Part shown: piece by piece, positions 50,053 through 64,000 of the stretch
Layout: the number at the start of each line of letters is the position of its first letter
Position numbering within the stretch: the first letter of the stretch is position 1
From: Podospora anserina
Taxonomy: Eukaryota
DNA: 64,000 nucleotides
Assembly: GCA_017654855.1 (NCBI GenBank)
Contig: CM030336.1
Location: forward strand, 3,968,001 to 4,032,000
Direction: 5' to 3'
Notes under the pieces: generated by a model
The model's input: the letters and a program-made list of their open reading frames with translations, nothing else
Database searches by the model: none
Told to the model about the DNA's origin: nothing
Translations under genes and position numbers: made by a program

Positions 50053-52422
50053 ATGACCGGCGCCGGCTTTCGATTGATTGTCGAAAACGGCAAGTTTCGA
50101 GACGCCCACGGCCGCCAGGTCACCCTCCGAGGCATCAACGTCGCCGGCGATGCCAAGTACCCCAGCATACCCGACCAGCCTTCCCACATGGCCGAGAACT
50201 TCTTCGACGGCGACAGTGTCAGGTTCACAGGACGACCGTTCCCCAAAGAAGAAGCCCATCTCCACTTCTCGAGGCTAAAACGCTGCGGTTACAACACCAT
50301 CCGCTATGTCTTTACCTGGGAGGCCATCGAAGCCGCCGGGCCGGGTATCTACGACGAGGAGTGGATTGATAACACGATCGGTGTCTTGCGCGCTGCGAGA
50401 GACTATGGATTTTACATTTTCATGGATCCTCATCAGGATGTGGTGCGTATTTTGTTGTTCTTGTCTGGCTGCGGCAGAGTGCCTTGTGTCTGATGCTATC
50501 CGTGCTCGTTACAGTGGTCGCGATTCTCGGGCGGATCTGGGGCGCCCATGTGGACGTTGTACGCTGCCGGTCTGAACCCACAGAGCTTTGCTGCGACGGA
50601 AGCTGCTATTGTACACAATGTCTATCCGGAACCCGAGAAATTCCCAAAGATGATTTGGTCAACCAATTACTACCGCCTTGCTGCGGCTACCATGTTCACC
50701 TTCTTCTTTGCCGGCAAGACGTTTGCGCCGAAATGCATCATTGATGGGATGAACATCCAGGACTACCTGCAAGGGCACTTCATCCGTGCCTGTGAGCATT
50801 TGGCCAAGAGGATACACGAGGCTGGTGACATTGAGAACGATGTCGTCTTTGGGTGGGAGAGCTTGAACGAGCCAAACAAGGGCATGATCGGGTATGAAGA
50901 CATCAGTGTGATTCCGAAAGAGCAGAATTTGAAGAAGGGCACGTGTCCGACGATATGGCAGACCATTCTGACCGGGTCAGGGCGGGCTGTCGAGGTTGAG
51001 ACGTGGGATATGGGTCAGATTGGGCCCTACAAAGTAGGGCGGACGTTGGTGGATCCCCATGGCGAGGTTGCGTGGTTGCCGGCCGACTACGACGAGTCCC
51101 GTTATGGGTACAAGAGAGATCCCGGGTGGAAGCTGGGCGAGTGCATCTGGGCTCAGCATGGGGTATGGGACCCGGCTACCGATACGCTGCTCAAGAAGAA
51201 CTACTTTGGGATACACCCGACGACGGGGGAGCATATTGACTATCCTTATTTCACCAACAACTTCTTCATGGAGTACTTCCGGGCATACCGGGATGCTATT
51301 CGAAGTCACCACAAGAACGCCGTTATCCTTCTGCAAGGCCCGACGATGGAGCTCCCGCCAAAGATCAAGGGGACTCCGGATGGCGATGACCCTCTTCTCG
51401 TTTATGCCCCGCATTGGTATGACGGCATCACTCTGATGACCAAGAAATGGAATCGGTACTGGAATATCGATGTAATAGGTGTCTTGCGCGGGAAGTACTG
51501 GACGCCGGCTTCGGGTCTACGGTTCGGTGAGACGGCTATCCGAAAGTGTTTTGCGGAACAACACGCAACCATGAGGCAAGAGGGCTTGGACTACATCGGG
51601 AACGTGCCTTGTGTCATGACCGAGTTTGGTATCCCATACGACATGGACGACCAGAAGGCGTACAAGACGGGGGATTACGCCAGCCAGTCGGCTGCCATGG
51701 ACGCCAACCACTTCGCCGTGGAGTCTTCCGGTCTGGAGGGTTACACGCTGTGGCTCTACATGACCAAGAATGTGCACGAAAGAGGAGATCAATGGAATGG
51801 TGAAGATCTTTCCATCTTTTCGATAGACGACAAGCTGCTTCCTGTCTCGCCGATACCCCGATCACCCTCGACATCGAGCCTCCTCAAACCCGGCGACGGC
51901 AGCCAGCGCAAAGAAGTTGATGATGACGGCAGTGTCACGCCAGCTAACCTCAGGCGGTCCATCACCAACCCGTCCATCTCGAGTGAGGTGACCAGTCGGC
52001 AGCCCGAGCTCACTGTCGCTCCTGGGTACCGAGCTGCCGAAGCCTACGTGCGACCGGCACCTGTCGTTACGGTCGGGACTATCAAGAATTACTTTTTCGA
52101 TCTCAAGCAGTGCCAGTTCAACATGACCATCATCGCCCATAAAGCAGCCGAAACAGACACGCCGACGATCATTCTCCTTCCTGATTACCATTTTCCAAAG
52201 GATGAGTGCATTGTGGAGGTGAGCTCGGGGAAGTGGGAGATCAGCAGTGATGAGGAGGAGTCTATTATGCTGCAGAGGTTGAGGTGGTGGCATGGGAAGG
52301 GAGAGCAGGTGTTGAAGATTACGGGGGTGGTCAAGAAGCATAACATTGGGGAGGGGGAGGGGGGGTATTATGATCAGCTGAGTAATGCTGTGGATTTTGT
52401 GGGGAGTTGCTCGGTGATGTAA
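50053..52422 (+). CDS. EGH1: GH5 endoglycoceramidase-related / steryl-beta-glucosidase (Egh1/EGCrP2-like), ~765 aa
   Basis: Exons 50053-50442 and 50515-52422. Motifs RQVTLRGINV, MDPHQDVWSRFSGGSGAP, acid/base NEP, APHWYD, nucleophile TEFG and GDQWNGEDLSIFS. Confidence 0.88.
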
Positions 52423-53755
52423 ATGTGAATGATGGATTAAGAGGATGGGGCACACTTTTTTTTTTTTTTTTTTTTTTTTTTTTGAAGGGGGTCTGGGGGG
52501 GTTGAAAGGGTCGCAGCAAGTACATATACATATAATTCTTGAGGTTTGATAGAGAGGATCAGCGATACCTTTTACATTTTATTTTGGTAACATAGCACGT
52601 TTGGTAAGTAAGGGAGTATATATAATGAGGGATGAGTAAATGAGATATACGAAATTGGGAAGTTTCTGGATCGTTCCTGTTGGGTGTATCATGATGACTG
52701 GGGATACTTGACACCCCGACTCTTTGAGGTACCTTACCAGAGCCTCGGACAGGTGATATCATGTTTGGGTGCCCGGCTGGACGGGATCATGCCCATTCCC
52801 ACAGAGAACGGTGGTGGTGCAGCTAGGGGCAGTGGTGAAGACGGCGTGAAACTCTTATCTACTTAACGGCTGCCTTGTAGACGGTGGTAAACCAAGTCCA
52901 GATATCAATGCATCTCATGGGGAAGCGCCCTGAGAGTGCCCTAGTCCCTGAACTGCAGGAGGGTGGTGTCCGCTGCTGCACAGCCAATACCCCACTCCCA
53001 CCACCCCGGCTTCGCCCAAGATTGGGCCCCGCTTCATCATCCCATTCGTCCACCCACCGTGGACCTCTGCTCCTCCTGCCTTGTGAATTGCTGTCCAACA
53101 ATCCCGAAGCGCTTCTGCCCATCGCACATTCTAATAAACGACAAAGAGAGAGGAGAAGCGGGACACAGCCGCGCTGCCGCCCTGGCCTGGCCTGGTCCTT
53201 CTTCCTTTCTCTTTTCTCCACCCCGTCGTCGTCGTTGTCGCAAATCACCATCTCCACAGGTGCTCCTTACCGACCTTGGATGCGCCGAGGATCTGATCAG
53301 GATCACAAGTGATCGATTACCTGCTACCTACCTACCTACGCCGCATCTTTTCTCTCTCTCTCTCTCTCGTGTGCCACCGGCTTGTGACGACAACGAGGCT
53401 TCGAACGTCGACCGCTGATACCACCGTCGATTGCCTACCTGCCGTCCTACCAAAAGTTACCCACATAAAATCTCTCCGCGCTCCTGTCTTTCGTTTGGTC
53501 CAGACGTGATTGGGTTCCTCGAACAAACCAGGCAACTTTTTTGACAACCTCTTTATTATACACATCATCTCTCGTGATCTCTTCTTCTGCCAAAACTCTC
53601 TTTGCTCATATAGTGCGCCCACCTCTATATCTCGAAAGCGGGAGCGTATCTCCCCTACCCTCCGCTCCCCGAAGTGTGTTGGGCAAAACAAAACCAACAT
53701 CGATTTTACACTCCCAGAGTTTCTGTAGCTATAAAACGAAAAAGAGGAAGACAAA

Positions 53756-59331
<5,576 letters not shown>

Positions 59332-59762
59332 TGAAGGCAAGGGGAGGTAATGGATAAAGGGAGAGTCTTTGGTTTTGGGAGGGAGACGAGCAAGCGTTTG
59401 AGCGTTTGTTACACACACATAGATATATACACACACATACATACAGGCATGGCATGTACAAGAGGAGGGGAGGGGCAAGCATAAGATAGCTTTGTTGTTA
59501 TATAACTTTTTAGGTAGGAAGAAATGGAAGGTTTGTTGGAGGGGATATCACGATGTATTGGTAAAGTTCAGAAACCAAGAGAGCGTCTTTCTATTTCAAG
59601 CAGTTCTCTTACTTGCTTGACAACATCATGATAAAAATCAACAATCCACAAAAAAAAAAAAAAACCATCAAACGCCATTTTATCCCTTTGCTTAACTTGA
59701 TGAAAAACCCCCAGGATCCAAAATCATATACATTTATATAATATATATCTCCATCTCCCCCT

Positions 59763-62700
59763 CTACGTCGGCCTCCTAAAAGGATGCGCCTCCGTATTCA
59801 AAACCCACTCATCCAAACTCACCACCTCGGGCTCCGCAAACAACAGATAAAAATACTTCAGCGTCTCCGCCAGCCAGAAACTCTCCATACTATCATCCAT
59901 CCCGCCCGCGTCACCCGTGGCAGTGACGTCCCTTATTGCTGAATGTCCCACCTCTGTCTGCGTGTGTTTAATCACAGACTCAAACATTTTCCATCCCTTT
60001 TCTTGCCACTTGGGATCGCCTGTGATGCGGTACATGTACCAGACCGACTCGATTGCTTCGGGGCTAAGTAAGGGATACAGAGTTAGTATGGGATGATGGG
60101 GAAAGAAAACAAACAGAAAAAAGAAAAGAAAAAAAAACATACCGGAGGATGTAGCGTTTATCGCTCAAAGAGGTGAAGCCGGGGGGGATGATCTCATTCT
60201 TCAGGCGGTCGGCAATGTACTCTTCGTGAGTCATTGGTTTGATTGGCTCCGGGGGTAGGGTCAACTCCGTAAGGGGGATTTGGCTGTCGTCGTCGTCCGA
60301 GTAGGTTGTTGCCCAGTCATCATCATTGGTGTTGGTGTTTGTGACGGGGGCAGAGTTCAGATCCAGGCTGTTTTGCAAGTCCGCTCCTCTAGGCTCGTTA
60401 AATGTTCCATTCAGCTGGCGGCGTTGGAAGCGAGAGGGGAACGACCCCTCCCGTGCTTGGGGCTTTTCCTCTTGCTGCTGCTGCTGCTGCTGCTGTTGTA
60501 CCGGCTGCTTAGGCTCAGTCTTCTGGTCAGACCCAGCACCAGTGTCAGAATTGGCGTTGCTCTTAGCCACCGGCCGTCTCGCCGCCTCCTCCTTTGCCTT
60601 CTCCACCCTCTCCTTCTGCAGCGCCTGCTCCTTCTTAATCTCCTCCACCTGCTCCTTCCAAGCAGCCTTGCTCTCGTAATACCTCTCCATCTCCTGCGCC
60701 CGATACGAAGCCCTATAGTCCAACTGCTCATGCCACGCCGTCTCGTTAAACTTGCAATCCGTCGCCGACTTGCAAGGCATAATCTTGGCGTACTCAGGCA
60801 TGATACCCGTGGGCATAACATCGTAGGCCCAGAAGCAACCCTCCGCAAGCTTCTTCCCAATCTCGACATCCTCCGGACTCTCAAAGATCTTTCCCCCAAG
60901 TCCAAACATGCCACCCAGAAAGCAAGTCAAGTGAGTAATCTCCCACTCATAGTCCAAGCTGTCGGCCGTCCCATCTTTGCTCGTCGCCTTGGCCGAAAAC
61001 AAAATATCCGGATCACCCTTCGCCATCGGCCTAAACAAGAGATGCTTCTTCACCGCCGCCACAGTCTTCTCATGCATGGTCTTGTACTTCGGCACCAGCC
61101 CCCCCAGCAGCAAATACTGTTTAGGAAAGTACTCATACGCCGAATCCTGACTCCCGCCCATCCCGTACGACCCCCAAGCATTCGAACTCACCAGCCCCTG
61201 AGGAGCACACTCAAACCCGTCCGGCAACTTTTTCTTCCCCGGCCTTCCCGGCGTCATTTGATCCCTCCCCCCAACCCCATCATCCCCCCTGACAACCTCC
61301 TCCCTCCTCTGCACCTTAACCCCCGTCCCCCCAACAACCCCCAACCCATCAACCCCCACCACCCCAAGATCAACCCTCCCATCCTCCCTCTCCTGCTGAT
61401 CAACCGGCGGCCAAGGCGCACTCCTATTGCACCCACTGGCATCCAAATGCTCCGGGAAAATCCCCTCAATCGCACTCCTCCCCCTTCCCTTCCAATTCTG
61501 CAACTCCTCAAACGCGTCCGTAATCCTAGCCACAGCATCATAATACTTGTTCTCCCCCGTCAACTGCGCCAACCTCGTAAACTCCATGCTCATGCTCCCC
61601 AGCTCCGCCACGCCCGCGTTCTGCGCCGCCCGTTTCGGCGCAATGTTGTACGCCGGGTGCCACTGGTAATACAAGATCGGCAGCCTGTTGGGCGTGTCAA
61701 AGACGCTCATCAAGATCTCGGCCAGCTCCTCCGCCTTGTCCAGCAGCACTTTGTATTCCTTCTTCATGCCCGAGATGTCATACGCCGCAATCAACCCCCC
61801 CAGGTAACGGATTATCGTTTCAAAAACGGGAATGTCCGTTCGGTAAGGTGTGGTGGTGAAGTCGATTTCCACAACTGCCTTCAACGCATCCTCAAACTCC
61901 GACTTGAGACCCATGATCCAGAGCGTGTCGAGGGAGTCGACGAGCGTGGCTGCCCAGCCGCAAAAGGGGTCATGGTAGGCTTTTGACACGGGGCGGAGCT
62001 CGTCGTGGGTCCAGGCGTAGATTTTGTAGCCCTGCCAGGCGCGCTGGGCTTCGGCCTTGACTTTTGCCAGGCGGAGCTCGCGCTTCTCTCTGGCCTGGGG
62101 GGTTTCGGGCTCGAATTTGGCCTGGATGGTGGGGATGGGCTTTGGTTTGCCGGTGGGGAGGGGGATGATGGATTCGGGGGGGATGGGGAACCATTCCGAG
62201 GGTTTGGTCCAGTGGACTGCTGTGGTGGAGGTGGTTTCTAGATCAGGTTCGGAGGGGGTGTTGTCGTAGTTGTGGGAGCCGATTCCTGAGCCGAGGAGGC
62301 GGTCGGGGATCGTGGCTGGGGTTGTTGATTTATCCTTCGGAGGCTGTTCTTTCTCGTGGGTGCCCTTGAGGGGGGGCGGTTTGGTAGGCAAATCGTAGGA
62401 TCCCTTCCCCTTGCTTTCCTCCTTTAGGCTTGGGATCTTGACTGGTGTGTCGCCGTGTCCGTGGTCGTGGTCGTGGTCGTCTACCACTTCGGGCGTTGGT
62501 TTCTCCTCAACTTGGACCTTGGGCGCCGGCGGCTTGACCTCCACTACTGCTGGATCTTCCTTGACAACGGGCGGTTTGGCAACAACGGGCGCCTGGGGTT
62601 TCTCGGCCGGTTTCGTCTCGACCTTTGTCTCCCGATGTCTTGTGCTGGTATGCCATATCTCTTGCGTCCTATCCCATTGTGAATTCTTGGAGACATGGTA

Positions 62701-62763
62701 CAGCAGGACGGTGATGACGAAGGCGCATATCAGGAATACGCGATATCGACGGAGTCGGAACAT
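59763..62763 (-). CDS. GH47 class I alpha-1,2-mannosidase, type II membrane protein, ~973 aa
   Basis: Exons 62763-60143 and 60063-59763. N-terminal signal anchor and motifs [68 protein letters not shown] and NTEAHP. Confidence 0.94.
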
Positions 62764-64000
62764 TGTAGCGGCGGCGGTTTAGCGACGGATAACCGCAGAA
62801 GGTATGGGTATTTGCGGACAGGCGCGCGCGCACAAGCGTTCCGTTTAACTCGATGCCAGGATATATCTCGAAGTCGGGATGTATGTATGGGTGGAATAAA
62901 AGTATCCAAAAAAGAGCCAGCCAGCCAAGGGGGGGGCGGGGGGTTATTCAAAAAGCCAATATCTCCGAGTGGATGGCATGGCGGATGACCGACCCTATTC
63001 AATATTCAGGAGAGCTATCGCTGCCCCATGGGAAAGGTCAGTAAATGCCAGCTTCTCAGGTGACAAGTGAATAGGAAAGAGCAAGAGGGAAGGCCAGAAC
63101 TCACTTAACCCAAGCCAAGATGTCCCGGAAAAATCATGGAAAAGAGAGCAATGGTCAGAAAGAGGAAGGCGGTTCATCAATCATTCAAGGGTTGTCTGGC
63201 CTGGTGGGTGGGAAAGCGCATGCGTGCCAAGCCGATGGCAAAGCTGCCCCCCTGTCGTCTTGAGGGGAGGGGGGCGTCTGCTTGGTGGTTGGATATTTCT
63301 TGGCATTGGATATGTCTTGCTCCAAACGGCAATCGGACACCTGTTGACTTCCTTGCGTCTTTCTGTTGTGAAGGATGAAGATGGGGGGGGGGGGATACAA
63401 CACTACAGCCGCGCAAATCCTCTGCCGTTTTAACATAACAGATCTTTAGCGGCCAGTTAGGCTACCTCGAGGTTGGGATGAAGCTTTGACATTCCCGTCT
63501 CTACATAACTTGCTTGACTCGGCTGATTCAAGCTGGCCTGGCGTAGATGCAGTATGTCATTCAACCGGTGGCTTTGACGATAGCGGGAATCGATATTAAC
63601 CCGGAGAATAAATAAATCAATTCACCCTCCTCAACACGTCCAGGTTCGTCAGCTTCGGCAATGCAAGGCCGGGAGTTGCCAAGTCACCTCGTCCCACTGA
63701 TCTGATATTGCGGGGTAGTTCCCCGCCATCAAGTTAGCGTCCTGAACTCACGATGCTGACATGCAGCGTTTCTGCTTGAGAGATGGACGCTTTGTTTTGA
63801 TTATGAGCCGGCTGACAAGACAATCATATTGTAAAGGCTCTCACCTAGATTAATACCATGTGGCTCAAGGGGCGAGCTCTTTGTGCAAGCCGAATCCGAG
63901 GCACAGGAACGAATCATACGGCGCTCAGATATCAGACCTTGAACACCGATAGAAACCTCACTCAAGGCAACAGAGATATCTGATGACAATAGATTGCACA

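Noticed and set aside
63801-64000. Minus-strand frame open to the window edge
   Set aside because: Too short and without recognisable motifs; cannot be assessed without flanking sequence.

Overview
Eukaryotic, intron-containing DNA from a filamentous ascomycete (Sordariales). The polyQ-bearing MAPKKK and compositional style suggest Podospora/Triangularia or a close relative; this is inference. The window is a gene-dense core-genome block of 19 protein-coding genes, whose exons I reconstructed by hand from GT..AG sites and branch points: frq, prefoldin 3, SEC14, NSL1/Mis14, a small conserved hypothetical protein, RPT3, LST7/folliculin, a tyrosine phosphatase, COG3, FMP25, a GH3 beta-glucosidase, AUR1, an RPA34-like Pol I subunit, GRC3, PRI1, a GH5 glycolipid glucosidase, a BCK1/ASK1 MAPKKK and a GH47 mannosidase (the ORF directly after the RPA34 stop is counted separately). 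I found no transposon, tRNA, rRNA or CRISPR array. The strongest unexplained signal is hidden coding sequence behind UAG stops that sit in hairpin loops. The RPA34-like gene has an in-frame 183-codon extension ending in a Lys-rich nucleolar-type tail. The LST7 stop lies at the third position of a 7-nt loop resembling a tRNA anticodon arm. Both fit sexual-stage A-to-I stop-loss editing (UAG->UIG=Trp), but this is a hypothesis until checked against RNA-seq.
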